Below, one piece after another: positions 1-13,079 of a DNA stretch of 64,000 bases. The notes under the pieces were generated by a model. That model was not told the DNA's origin. It searched no databases and saw only the letters and a program-made list of their open reading frames with translations. How positions within the stretch are numbered: position 1 is the first letter of the stretch; each line of letters begins with the position of its first letter. Source of the stretch: Mobula hypostoma (lineage: Eukaryota); contig NC_086103.1 in assembly GCF_963921235.1 (NCBI RefSeq), forward strand, positions 43,462,001 to 43,526,000, in the 5' to 3' direction. Both the position numbers and the translations under genes were made by a program.

Positions 1-105
1 AGAGAAGGCTATGGGTAATCCTAGGCAATTTCTAAGGTAAGGACATATTCGGCACAGCTTTGTGGGCCGAAGGGCCTGTATTGTGCTCTAGGTTTTCTAT
101 GTTTC
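1..105 (+). mobile_element. CR1 LINE 3' end fragment
   Basis: Ends ...gggccgaagggcctgtattgtgct...ttctatgtttc, the same 3' end as the CR1 copy at 50881 in opposite orientation. Confidence 0.75.
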
Positions 106-335
106 ACTGCACCAATGACTACAAGCTACATGTATTGACTGTCATTATGGTGGAAATTATGCATAATATGTATTGAATATTACCATCTTATTAAAAATTG
201 TGCTGTTGCTATTTTCTTTAGTTACTATACACTTCTTTATCAAAATTAACCTGTGTCAAAGAAAACTTGCACTATTTACACGTGACTTTCACACAGAACA
301 CCATCTGTTTCGTCTTTATCTTGGACAAGTTCTTC

Positions 336-1073
<738 letters not shown>

Positions 1074-2347
1074 TTAATTAAGAAAGGAAAATTAGTCTTC
1101 ATAGAAGCAAATGACACACAAATTTAAACATCATCTCTCTTTACAGTAATCATGCTGCAATACCAGTTGGCTCCGCTCACCCATTCTTTCTCCATCAACC
1201 TACAACTTGTTTTTGTTACTTTACATATTTTTCCAGATTCTTTCAAAAATTACTAAATCCACTTTAACCATCCTTTCAGACAGTGCAAGCAGGCTCATAC
1301 ATTTCGCTGCTAAAAATCTATTTCCCTAAGTTGCACTTAATTCTACTGTCAGCTGACATAAATTTGTCTCTCCTGGTTAGACCCCTTTCCACATAAAAGC
1401 AAGTTTCTTATACACTCTATCAAAACAACTCCTGATTTCAAATATATGTATTGTCTCTCTTTAGCCTCAGATCTAAGAGCAATTTCAGCTCCTCCAACCA
1501 TCTCACATAATTGTTGTACCTGATGTCCATGAACATAATAAATTTCCTCTGCATTCGCCCACAACTCCTAGCTCAGTCCTTCCTGATTAGCCTGTCATTA
1601 CTGTGTTTCACTGCTTGCTTTTTAAACTGCTGCCTAACATGCGAGTTATCCAGTCCTCTAGCAACATTCCCAAATCCAAGAAGTATCTGTAGACAGATTC
1701 TGCTTCCATTGCTCAGCTACTTCAGATGCCTCTTATCCATACCAAGGCATTCTTCAACTCCAAGTACTGGCACCATCTCCCCCACGGTAGAATGAAGCCC
1801 CTAATGTCAACAAAGTAAACCACATTTCATCTTCAGTCCCAGCACTTAACAACCTTCTCAGATTAATACTGAATTTACCATCTTCAATTAAACTGCTCTC
1901 ATCATTTCCTAATTTCATGCTTATGTCCCTTTCCCATCCTTTTTTAAAAACCTTATTAACAATCACTAATCATATCCATCTCAGTTATTTTTTTACCAAT
2001 CCCCATATAGTCTTTTGAACTGAATCTCACTTCTCCCCTCAGCTCTGCTTTGCAAACTGACACTACTGATCTCTTAAGAGTACACGTTTACACCATCCAA
2101 GCATAATTGACTTGCAAATACCAATTTCTACAAGTGGTTGCTTTGTAATGCAAAAATACAGCCTTCTCTAAAACTGACACTTTACTCACTACATGATAAA
2201 TTATAGAGATTTTACTTTTAAACTGTAACTTCAACCTTTCATACAATTCCATGGGTCCATTTTTTATTAAACCACTTTTAATGAATTTGCTTTGAAAGGA
2301 TATAACAAGATATGAAAGAAATTAACACAAATTATAAATTACACTAC

Positions 2348-2627
2348 CTGTTTTGCTGTTTTCCTCAAGGAGACTTCCCTTTGAGTTGTACCATACAACG
2401 TTGTAAAACTGGCTACTGTTCACATTGCATTCAATCAACACACTTGCTCCTTCTTTCACTATTAGGTCACGGTGTGTTGGTAGACTTGAAAGGAAATTAG
2501 ATCCTTGATGTGGCACAGAGCTAACCCTTCGCACACTGTTAGAACTGTAATTTGCGCCATTATGTAAACCACAAACAAATACACAAAAATTAAAAGTCAA
2601 AATTACTGATAAACCTGGATGCTTCAT
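2348..2627 (-). CDS. MFAP3: MFAP3 first coding exon (signal peptide, start of Ig domain)
   Basis: MKHPGLSVILTFNFCVFVCG...DLIVKEGASVLIECNV...WYNSKG. Donor GTAGTG at 2347; 280 nt gives phase 1. The exon probably starts at 2798 (ttgtaattacAG acceptor). Confidence 0.9.
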
Positions 2628-4524
2628 TGGATAATGAGATTTTTAACATTTACAATAGTTAAACCTATTGTATTCATGCAAGTGTACTGCAGATCTCTGG
2701 AATGTGATGCAAGTTCCTCGTGAACATATAGCATTACTTCAGTCACCACGAAGTTTTGTCAGGTTGGGTAGTATGTATATCCATGGTCTACTAAAAATCT
2801 GTAATTACAAAGACAGAAATTTATAATTACATAAACATATCAAAGAATTAAATGTCACACAACAAATTTTCCATTAGCTAATCATAACATACTTCTGGAT
2901 CTATTTAAACAGCATTTCTCTAGAATATACAAGATACAAAATAATTGTTTCACCACTAACCTCTAAATAAAGTTATAGACAGGTTCACAGTTTAAAAAAC
3001 ATTTGCCATTACATGATTGAGATTTTTTTAATAAACAAAAACAGCAGATTTTATTACATTCCACTATTTAATATTACAATGGCTTTGGGAAGCAGCACTG
3101 TAACAATATTAGACTGAATCAGAAAAGCACAGCTGTGCAAAGGAAATAAAGATATTCCTATTGACTGTGTAAGCGCTAGTAATAAACCCAGGTTATCCTT
3201 CACACAAAATTGACAACCTATACAGTTTAGTTTAGAATTGTCTTGCAAATTAGTTTTCACAAGACAAAGTTACAGTTATATATGTTTAGAGATCACTATA
3301 GCTGCTACAAAATCTTATTGCTACCTCGTCCTAATAACCTTAAAAATAATAAACTAATACCCCATGGAAACAATAGTACAAGTCTCCCAAAAGCTTTGGC
3401 AATAATTTATCCATCAATATGGCCATTATAGATTGCCTGGTTATCTCGTTGTTGTTGCTTCCATGTTTCCTAAATTGTATTAGTGACTAAGCTTTAGAAG
3501 AGTGTATTTGGTATAAAATCCTACATTGCAACTGTGATCGAAATCACTGGAGATACACTGAAGCTGGTGGTATAGAAGTTGTTATTTATCACAACAAGCA
3601 GGCATCACTAGACACTCTCTGGGTAGAGGCTCACCAATCCAAAGGGACATCACATTTTCATACCCATAAGATCAAAAGGTAAAAATAGCTGATACAATAC
3701 AATTTCAATGGTTACATCATTGAACATCATTTCCTTCAATATTTTGAGTTGACAATTCTTCCTTTGAATTTCATATCTACAGTAACAGACACCTCTGAAT
3801 GTTCAAACACCCTTGTCACAAAGTAATTCACACAAATAGTCTACAAACTTCTGGGGGAAGAAATCCCAGACACTCAGGGTCATCTCTGAATACACAAATA
3901 TCATAAGTACACAAAAGCTATTGATTTCCTATATCTGTGACCATGTCTGATATGCTAAGTGATCTGGTCTGTCAGCTTGAAGTCAGTCACAATGGTGCAA
4001 ATAAGTAAGCCAATGTTGCCCAGTTTGATGCAAGCCAATTAATACAACCCCATTGTCTTAACATTTTGCTCTTGCATATCCAATCTCTGGAACAGCCTGC
4101 ACTTTTAGCTTCAATTTACAAAAAACCTGAAAGCCAATTGCAAGCTTTCTGAACTTATTTACATTTAAAATAAGAACTGAAGACTGCTTAATGTTTGATT
4201 AATATTTGCTGATATTAACATGACTTTAGAATACTTCCTAAAATCCTATGCCAAAAGTAGAAGTGAAAGCTGTTGTGTAAATGAAAGATTTTTGTCTTTA
4301 GTTGCACTGTATCTTTTGCATACCAAGTTGGGTAAAAAACTACTTAGTTTATCAAGTTATTAAAAAAATCATCCTTAAAAATTGGTTTCCAACACTGAAG
4401 TTTTTTTTGAACAAAAGCGAAAATATTGATTCCTCCATACATGCCAAGTAGTGAATGATACACAATTATACTTTCCACAATAACCTAACAATATAGCTCA
4501 ACATCAATGGTCAAATATCCTCCC

Positions 4525-4594
4525 ATCCACAGGTCCACTGACCCCTTGCTTAATGGTATTGGTCCATAGCATAAAAGAGGTTGGGAACCCCTGC
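4525..4594. mobile_element. Small hAT-type MITE remnant
   Basis: Ends in ggttgggaacccctg, a hAT/Charlie-like terminal inverted repeat; the other end is not recognised. Confidence 0.45.
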
Positions 4595-4747
4595 TCCCAT
4601 CAGCTGGTGATGATTTAAAAACAAATTTCCAAGTTAAATTGAAAGTCACCTTTCCAAAAACTAATCATTAAGATACAACTAAAAAGAACCATTGAATCCA
4701 AATACAAGTTCTGAACAAAAGTGTAAAAAAACTTATTAAATTCTTAG

Positions 4748-6030
4748 CAACAAAATGCTGGAGGAACTCACCAGGTCAGGCAGCATCTATGGAAATCAAT
4801 AAATAGTCAATGTTTTGGGCCAGGACCCTTCTTCAGGACTGGAAAGGGGCAAGACACCATAATAAAAAGATGGGGGTGGGGAGAAGGAGGATAACTGGAA
4901 TGTGATAGGTGAAGCCAGGTGGGTGGAGAAGTTAAAGGGCTGGAGAGGAAGGCAAATCTGACAGGACAGGATAATGGACCATAGGAGAAAGGAGAGGACC
5001 TGGGGGAAGTGATAGGCAGGTGCGAAGAAGAGAGGCCAAAATGACAAATAGAAGAGCGGGGGAGGGATCTTTTTTTTAAACCAGAAGGAGAAATCAATAT
5101 TCATGCCATCAGGTTGGAGGCCCCCCCCAAATGGAATATAAGGTGTTGCTCCTCCACCTTGAGGATGGCCTCATCTTGATATGTCAGAATGGGAATCAGA
5201 ATTAACATATTTGGCCACTGGGAAGTTCCGCTTTTGGCGAATGAAGCAGAGGTACTCCAATTTACAACAGGGGAACCAAACACAATAAACGACACCAGTG
5301 GATTCACAGGTGAGGTGTTGCTTCACCTGGAAGAACTGTTTGGGGCCTGAAAGGAGATGAGGGAGGTGAGTGGGTAGGTGTAGCACGTTGGCCATGCAGG
5401 GATAAGTGCCAGGAGGGAGATTAATGGGGCGAGTCCAATAGACAAGGGAAGAATGGAGGGAGCAGGTAAGGACAGCATCAAAGGTGGAGGAAGGGAAACC
5501 CCATTCTTTGGAGGAGGAGGATATCTCTGATGTCCTGGAACAGAAAGCCACATCATGGGAACAGATGTAGCAGAGACAAAAGAACTGAGAAAAGGGGATT
5601 TTTACAAGAGACAGGGTGGGAAGAGGTATAGTTAAGATAACCGTGGGAATCAGCAGGTTCATTCAAGATGTCAGTCGACAGTTGGTCTCCAGAGATGGAG
5701 ACAGTGAGATCAAGAAAGGGGAAGGAGATGTCATTTGACCAAGTGAATTTTGACCGGGTGGAAGTTAGAGGCAAAATTGATGAAATTGACAAGCTCAGTG
5801 TGAGTGCATGAAGCCGCACCAATGCGGTTGTCAGTGTGGCTGAGGAAGAACTGGGGAGCATTACTGGGGAAAGACTTGGAACATGGAACATATGCAGCTA
5901 ACGAAGATGCAAGCATAGCTGGGGCCCATGCAATTGCCCGTGGCTACCCAGAGTCTGGAGAGTGGGAGGTGCCAAAGAAAAAACTGTTGAGGGTGAGGAC
6001 TAGTTCTGCCAGATGGAGGAGGATATTGGT
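4748..6030 (-). mobile_element. Penelope-like retroelement fragment (RT C-terminus, GIY-YIG endonuclease remnant, 3' pLTR)
   Basis: Broken frames give FTWSNDISFPFLDLTVSISGDQLSTD...DSHGYLNYTSSHP (PLE RT thumb) and FQVKQHLTCESTGVVYC (GIY-YIG region). The terminal segment matches the short dispersed repeats elsewhere in the window. Confidence 0.85.
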
Positions 6031-6830
6031 GTAAGGGAAACTGATGAAATTAAAATAGAACTTTTTGGCCGCAATGAGCAAAGGTACATTTGGAGAAAAA
6101 AGGGTACAGAATTTCATGAAAAGAACACCTCTCCAACTGTTAAGCACAGGGGTGGATCGATCATGCTTTGGGCTTGTGTTGCAGCCAGTGGCATAGGGAA
6201 CATTTCACTGGTAGAGGGAAGAATGAATTCAATTAGATACCAGCAAATTCTGGAAGTAAACATCACATTGTCTGTAAAAAAGCTGAAGATGAAAAGAGGA
6301 TGGCTTCTACAACAGGATAATGATCTTAAACACACCTCAAAATCCACAATGGACTACCTCAAGAGGGGCAAGCTGAATGTTTTGCCATGGACCTCACAGT
6401 CCCCTGACCTAAACATCATTGAAAATCAGTGGATAGACCACAAAAGTGCAGTGCATACAAGACAGCCCAAGAATCTCACAGAACTAGAAGCCTTTTGCAA
6501 GGAAGAATGGGCAAAAATCCCCCAAACAAGAATTGAAAGACTCTTAGCTGGCTACAAAAGTGTTTACAAGCTGTGATACTTGCCAAAGGGGGTGTTACTA
6601 AGTACTGACCATGCAGGGTGCCCAAACTTTTGCTTTCGGCCCTTTTCCTTTTTTTTATTATTTTGAAACTGTAAAAGATGGAAATAAAAAGTAATTTTGC
6701 TTAAAATGTTAAAGAAATGTGTCATCTTTAACTTTATGCCTTTTGGAAATCAGGTCATCTTTTACTCGCTTAGCTATTCACAGTAACAGAAGTTTTGACC
6801 AGGGGTGCCCAAACTTTTGCATGCCACTAT
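6031..6830 (+). mobile_element. Tc1/mariner DD34E transposon, 5'-truncated, IR/DR-type right end
   Basis: TDE...KHRGGSIMLWAC...QQDND-(34 aa)-SPDLNIIE. A frameshift precedes ...AKGGVTKY* (stop at 6609). Direct repeat gggtgcccaaactttt at ~6616 and ~6803; element ends ...gcatgccacta-TA. Confidence 0.92.
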
Positions 6831-6959
6831 AATTATCCAAATTCCATTCATCCTTTATACTCTAATATTGTTCCCTAAAATTTCTAGGACGTTCCTTTAT
6901 TTCCGTTTATTGTTCTCTTTTTTTCTCTTCCCTTTTTTTTATTTGCAGTTTCCTATCTT

Positions 6960-7083
6960 TCACACACTGGTTGTCCGCCTTGCTGGTGCAATCTTTCTAT
7001 CATGGTTATTGGATTTACTGAGTCTGCCCGCAAGGGTTGTATATGGTAACATATATGTACTTTGATAGTAAATTTACTCTGAA
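6960..7083 (+). mobile_element. Rex/Babar-type LINE 3' end remnant
   Basis: ...gggttgtatatggtaacatatatgtactttgatagtaaatttactctgaa resembles the 3' ends at 50660 and 47340 in reverse. Confidence 0.45.
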
Positions 7084-7700
7084 GGGCAGACACATAACTG
7101 CTTAATTTGTCGGTTATTTCCATACGAAAATACAAATGAGACTTACAGTCAGGTTTATGCTAGTGCAACTGCGAGCCCACTGGCATAAATTACTATTCCG
7201 GAAAGCATCCGAATCATTTTAAATATTGATAAAACAGATGCAAGCTGAAGTTTCCGTGAACACTTGAAGATGCGCAATGTCACGTCAAGGCATTGAAAAC
7301 AATGGAATACTAATTACGAAGCCTTTCACCACAGAGCACATAACCTCCCACAATGAAGTCCCTTAACACAGGGCTGCGCAACAGAGACAGAAAATCCGCC
7401 ACTCGCCTTCCCCTGCTGATAACTGACCTTGCACTCCATTAGACTCTTCGCTTCGACTAGGGAGGCCAGAACACGCGTGCGCACCGACCCTTCACTATGG
7501 ACGATCGGTCCTAAACACAGCCGAGTCTGGCATATCTCTGCCTGAGCCGCAGAGTTCCTCCAGCAGTTCACTTGCTGCATCAGAAATGTAGTTGATCTAA
7601 TGTTATAACCCTCCCGTCAAATATATCCTACGAGTTCCCATTAAGAAAAGCACACACACCCCCTTTATCATCCCCTCAACTCAGGTCGTTAGCCATAGAT

Positions 7701-8070
7701 ACATGCGCAGTAAGATGGTACCGTCTCCCTGGAGACTACGCGGTAAGGACGGTACCGGATGCCTCCAGTCGAGCATGCGCAGTAAGATGGTACCGTCTCC
7801 CTGGCGCCTACGCAGTAAGGACGGTACCGGAGGCCTCCATGGGAGCATGCGCAGTAAGATGGTACCGTCTCCTTGGCGCCTACGCAGTAAGGACGGTACC
7901 GGAGACCTCCATTGGAGCATGCGCAGTAAGATGGTACCGTCTCCCTGGCGCCTACGCAGTAAGGACGGTACCGGAGACCTCCATTGGAGCATGCGCAGTA
8001 AGATGGTACCGTCTCCCTGCAGCCTACGCAGTAGGGACAGTACCGGAGGCTTCCCGTGGAGCATGCGCAG
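7701..8070. repeat. 72-bp tandem repeat (about 5 units, each made of two related ~36-bp halves)
   Basis: CATGCGCAG recurs at 7702, 7774, 7846, 7918, 7990 and 8062 (period 72). Confidence 0.97.
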
Positions 8071-8094
8071 TTTTATCGCTTCCCTGGGTGAAAG
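8060..8094 (+). other. FAM114A2: FAM114A2 putative first exon, 3' part (TSS unknown)
   Basis: Consensus donor AAG|GTGAGT at 8095, immediately downstream of the promoter array. Alternative donors at 8146 and 8305. Confidence 0.55.
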
Positions 8095-9520
8095 GTGAGT
8101 GATGTGGCTGCGTGGCGGTGGAGTAGGCTGCACTTCAGGAGTTGGGTGAGTCATGGGCTGGTTGACAGGTTGGGAATGCTACCGGACGGCGTAGTTCAGG
8201 AGGCGGCGAGTGGGATTGCAGTGAGGGGCTTTGACCCGATGCATAAGGGGAGGTGGGAAGTTTCCATTTCTGCTGCACCTTTCACGGTCCCGTTCACTTC
8301 CAGTGTAAGTAGTCTTTGAAGCCCGTCTGTCGGGAAGTTCGGAACTCATGATCACATAATAGAGAATAATTGGTGTACTTTTCAGCTGAGCACCAGAATA
8401 TGAGTCGTCTGACTGGAAAGGTGGAAGATCTCAGCGGGTCAAGTAGCATCTACGGAGGGAAAAAGTGTAAGTGGACTTTTATACTTCTTGTTTCCGCATC
8501 TGCTGCTTGACCCCCCCCCCACAAGTTCTTCCAGCGTTCTGTTTTTATTTGCAGTTTCCTTTGTCTTGTGAGTCTTTCTAATGTGTTAACATTTGGGCTT
8601 AGCTTTTTTTAACGACATTATTACATTCTGGACAGTGAGAAAGTTTTAAAGTTTGGGTAATATATTTTATAATAATACATCTTGCTAACCATCAAAACGT
8701 ACATTTTGTTGACATTTTATGGATGGATTTAGCATCATTGCCAAAAAGGATGAAAAAAATTAATGTGCATTATGATGAGTTTTGTAATCTTCTGGGTCTA
8801 TGGACAGAAGAATGAAACATTTAAATTTTGTAACTTGAATGAGCTTATGAAAACAACTTAGGAGTTTTAAGAAAGTGTAAAATATAAATATACAATTGAT
8901 ACCAGGACCTGGGTTGAAGACAAGAAGAGTTTATTCATCATATACACCTGAAGAGCACTACATCCTTTTTCAAATTTAAAAGGTTTCTGATGACAAGATT
9001 GGGTAAAACAAAGTTTATGTCAGATACCAAGAGCAAACTGCAGCAGATAGCTAGGAATTACATAAAATATATAAGCTGAGTAAATATTGAAATATTCAAG
9101 AAGTAAAAGATAAAGTATTAAGGAATTTTTGCATCTTTGAAAATCAAAACTAAGCCCTAAACAAAATAGGACATTTGTGACACTGCGTTAAATTCAATGA
9201 TTTCAGATATCTGGCCTTTCCCATTTTCTAGCAACACTACGAACTAGCTCTGTTTTCTCTCTCCACAGATGCTATCTGACCAATCTGTCTTGGATGACTC
9301 CTTGTCATAAATATTCCCTGTATTTTACTACTTCTTTACAGGTCAGTAAATTTAAATTTAGTTGTTAAGTTATTGGGGTTCCTTTTAAGCAACTATTTAA
9401 AACCAGTTAGAATCTGGGATAATCAGTATGGCTTTCTGAAGAAAGACCATCTCTGACAAAATTGATTAAATTTTTTCAGTATTTAGCAAGGAGGATTGAA
9501 GAAGGTAGTATTTGATATAG

Positions 9521-11258
9521 TAGACAATAGACAATAGGTGCAGGAGTAGGCCATTTGGCCCTTTGAGCCAGCACCGCCATTCACTGTGATCATGGCTGAT
9601 CATCCACTATCAGTATCCAGTTCCTGCCTTATCCCCATAACCTTTGATTCCACTATCTTTAAGAGCTCTATCCATCTCTTTTTTGAAAGTATCCAGAGAC
9701 TTGGCCTCCACAGCCTTCTGGGGCAGAGCATTCCATATATCCACCACTCTCTGGGTGAAAAAGTTTTTCCTCAACTCCGTTCTAAATGGCTACCCCTAAT
9801 TCTTAAACTGTGGCCTCTGGTTCTGGACTCACCCATCAGCAGGATCATACTTCCTGCCTCCAGCGTGTCCAATCCCTTAATAATCTTTTATGTTTCAATA
9901 AGATCCCCTCTCAGCCTTCTAAATTCCAGAGTATACAAGCTGAGTCGCTCCAATCTTTCGACATATGACAGTCCCGCCATCCCGGGAATTAACCTTGTGA
10001 ACCTTCGCTGCACTCCCTCAATAGCAAGAATGTAATTCCTCAAATTTGGAGACCAAAACTGCACACAGTACTCCAGGTGTGGTCTCACCAGGGCCCTGTA
10101 CAGCTGCAGAAGGACCTTTTTGCTCTTATACTCAATTCCCGTTGTTATGAAGGCCAGCATGCCATTAGCTTTCTTCACTGCCTGCTGTACTTGCATACTT
10201 GCTTTCAGTGACTGATGTACAAGAACACCTAGATCTCATTGTGCTTCCCCTTTTCCTAACCTGACTCCATTTAGATAATAATCTGCCTTCCCATTCTTAC
10301 CACCAAAGTGGATAACCTCACATTTATCCACATTAAACTGCATCTGCCCACTCACCCAGCCTGTCCAAGTCATCCTGTATTCTCATAACATCCTCCTCAC
10401 ATTTCACACTGCCACCCAGCTTTGTGTCATCGGCAAATTTGCTAATGTTACTTTTAATTCCCTCATCTAAATCATTAATATATGTTGTAAACAGCTGCGG
10501 TCCTAGCACTGAACCCTGCGATGCCCCACTGGTCACCGCCTGCCATTCTCAAAGGGACCTGTTAATGGCTACTCTTTGTCTTCTGTTAGCCAGCCAATTT
10601 TCAATCCATGTCAGTAGTCTGCCCCCAATACCATGTGCCCTAATCTTGCCCACTAATCTCCTATGTGGGACTTTATCAAACGCTTTCTGAAAGTCCAGGT
10701 ACACTACATCCGCTGGCGCTCCCTTGTCCATTTTCATAGTTACATCCTCAAAAAATTCCAGAAGGTTAGTCAAGCACAATTTCCCCTTCGTAAATCCACG
10801 CGGACTCGGACCAATCCTGTTACTACTATCCAGATGTGTCGTAATTTTATCTTTTATAATTGACTCCAGCATCTTTCCCATGACTGATGTCAGGCTAACC
10901 AGTCTATAATTCCCTGTTTTCTCTCTTCCTCCCTTCTTGAAGAGAGGGACAACATTAGCCACCCTCCAATCCACAGGAACTGATCCTGAATCTATAGAAC
11001 ATTAGAAAATGATTACCAATGTGTCCACAATTTCTAAAGCCACCTCCTTAAGTACCCTGGGATGCAGACCATCAGGTCCCGGGGACTTATCGGCCTTCAG
11101 ACCCAACAGCCTATCCAACACCTTTTCCTGCCTAGTATAAATTTCCTTCAGTTCATCCATTATCCTAGATCCTTTGGCCACTATTACATCTGGGAGATTG
11201 TTTGTGTCTTCCCTAGTGAAGACAGATCCAAAGTACCTGTTCAACTCTCTGCCATTTC
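9521..11258 (-). mobile_element. CR1 LINE, 5'-truncated (RT domain and 3' end)
   Basis: [14 protein letters not shown]...[13 protein letters not shown]...QGSVLGP...KFADDTKL...LVRPHLEYCVQFWSP; (ATTGTCT)n tail at 9521-9536. Confidence 0.95.
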
Positions 11259-11291
11259 AAAGATTGGTGTTATAACTTATATGGAGGAGTT

Positions 11292-12660
11292 TTTTTTATT
11301 CATTTACCGGATGTGGGTGTCACCATCTAAGCCAGCATTTATTGCCCATCCCCAGTTGCCCTTGAGAAGGTGGTGATGAGCTGCCTTCTTGAACTACTGC
11401 TGTCCCTGATGTGTAAGTAACACCGTGCCGTTAGGGAGGGAATTCCATGATTCTGACCGAGCGACAATGAAGGACCGGCGATATGTTTCCAAGTCAGAAT
11501 GGTGAGTGACTTGGAGGGGGATTTCCAAGTGCTGGTGTTCCCAGGTATCTGCTGTTCTCGTCCTTCTAGATGGTAGTCGTCGTGGGTCTGGAAGGTGCTG
11601 CCTTAGGAACTTTGGTGTGTTGTTGCAGTGCATCTTGTAGATAGTACACACCGCTAACACTGTTCGTCAATGGTGGAGGGATTGGATGCTTGTGGAAGGG
11701 GTACCGATCAACTGGGCTGCCTTGTACTGGATAGTGTCAAGCTTCTTGAATATTTATGGAGCTGCACTCATCCAGGCGAGTAGCGAGTATTCCATTACAC
11801 TCCTGACCTGAGCCTTGTAGATGGTGGACAGGCTTTGGGGAGTCAGGATGTGAGTTACACCACAGGATTCCTAGCCTTTGACCTGTTCTGGTAGACACGG
11901 TGTTTATATGGCTAGACCAGTTCAGTTTGCTGTCAATGGTAACCCCCAGGATTCAGTGATGGTGGTGCCACTGAATGTCAAGGGATGATGGTTCGAGTCT
12001 CTCTTGGTGGAGATGGTCATTGTGTGGCTCGAATGTGACTTGCCACTTGTCAGCCCAAGCCTGGATATTGTCCAGGTCCAGCTGCATTTGGCTATGAACT
12101 GTTTCACAACCTGAGGAGTCACGAATGGTGCAGAACATTGTGCAATTATCTGCGAACATCCCCACCTCTGACCTTTTGACGGAAGGAAGGTCATTGATGA
12201 AGCAACTGAAGATGGTTGCTCCTCAGACACTTCCCTGAGGAACTCCTGCAGTGATGTCCTGAGGATGAGAAAATTGACCTCCAACTGCCACAACCATCTT
12301 CCTTTGTGTCAGGTGTGATTCCCACCAACGGAGGGTTTTTCCCCTCGAATTCCCATTGACTACATTTTAGCCAGGGCACCTTAATGCCGTACTCAGTCAA
12401 ATGCTGCCTCGATGTCAAGGGCTATCACTCTCGCCTCACCTCTGGTATTTAGCTCTTTGGCCTATGTTTGGACCAAGGAGGTGATGAGATCGGGCGCTGA
12501 ATGGCCTGGACTGGGCATCTGTAAGCGGGTTATTGCCGAGTAGGTGCTGCGTGATAGCACTCTTGATGATCCCTTCCTTTACTTTGCTGATGATTGAGAG
12601 TAGGCTGATAGGGCAGTAATTGGCTGGGTTGGATTTGTCCTGTTTCTTGTGTACAAGACA
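11292..12660 (-). mobile_element. Degraded LINE (CR1-group, different family), RT and 3' region
   Basis: Fragments MFADNCTMF...DLDNIQAWADKWQVTF and RSFIVARSESWNSLPN; many frameshifts. Confidence 0.75.
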
Positions 12661-12744
12661 TAGAGGTATACTTTATACAGGATATAGAGAAGTATAGGTA
12701 TATCCAGTGTCAGGCAGATATTGAATGTGGTGTAGGATCAGGAT

Positions 12745-13030
12745 AACCTTAAAGCATGCATTTAAGGTGAGAGGTAGTGATTTCAAAGGAGATGTGAGGG
12801 GCAAGTTTTTACAGAGTGGTGAGTGCCTAGAATGTGCTTTCTTGGGGGGGTGGTAGAGGCAGGCATATGAAAGGCTCTTAGGAGTTGTTTCGGTAAACCA
12901 TGAATGTGAGGAGTGTGGAAGGATATGGGCATTGTGTAGGCAGTAAAGATTAGTTCATTTAGCCACGTGAATTGGTCTTGCACAACATTGTGGGCCAAAA
13001 GGCCTGTTGCTGTGTTGTACTGTTCTATGC
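12745..13030 (+). mobile_element. CR1 3' fragment
   Basis: Typical 3' end ...tgtgggccaaaaggcctgttgctgtgttgtactgttctatg. Confidence 0.7.
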
Positions 13031-13079
13031 TCGGATGTCCACAAATTTTTAGAGGACAAGTTTGTTAAGTGGTTTAGAA

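Larger units (their letters stand above)
7380..8340. promoter_or_regulatory. CpG-rich bidirectional promoter region of MFAP3 (-) and FAM114A2 (+)
   Basis: The only CpG-dense non-TE stretch between the two divergent genes. It contains NRF1-like GCATGCGCAG, YY1-like AAGATGG and ATTGG motifs. A plus-strand donor AAG|GTGAGT lies at 8094/8095; candidate minus-strand donors lie at ~7146 and ~7427. Confidence 0.8.

Noticed and set aside
3527-4063. Possible solo LTR in an MFAP3 intron (TG...CA ends)
   Set aside because: No target-site duplication or second copy is visible, so it cannot be supported.
7701-8070. CRISPR-like array (palindromic ~36-bp repeats)
   Set aside because: There are no unique spacers, no cas genes, and the context is eukaryotic; it is a tandem repeat.
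7681-8154. Standalone 157-aa (-) and 131-aa (+) repeat ORFs
   Set aside because: They derive from the 72-bp repeat; the 7703 frame is out of frame with FAM114A2 after splicing.
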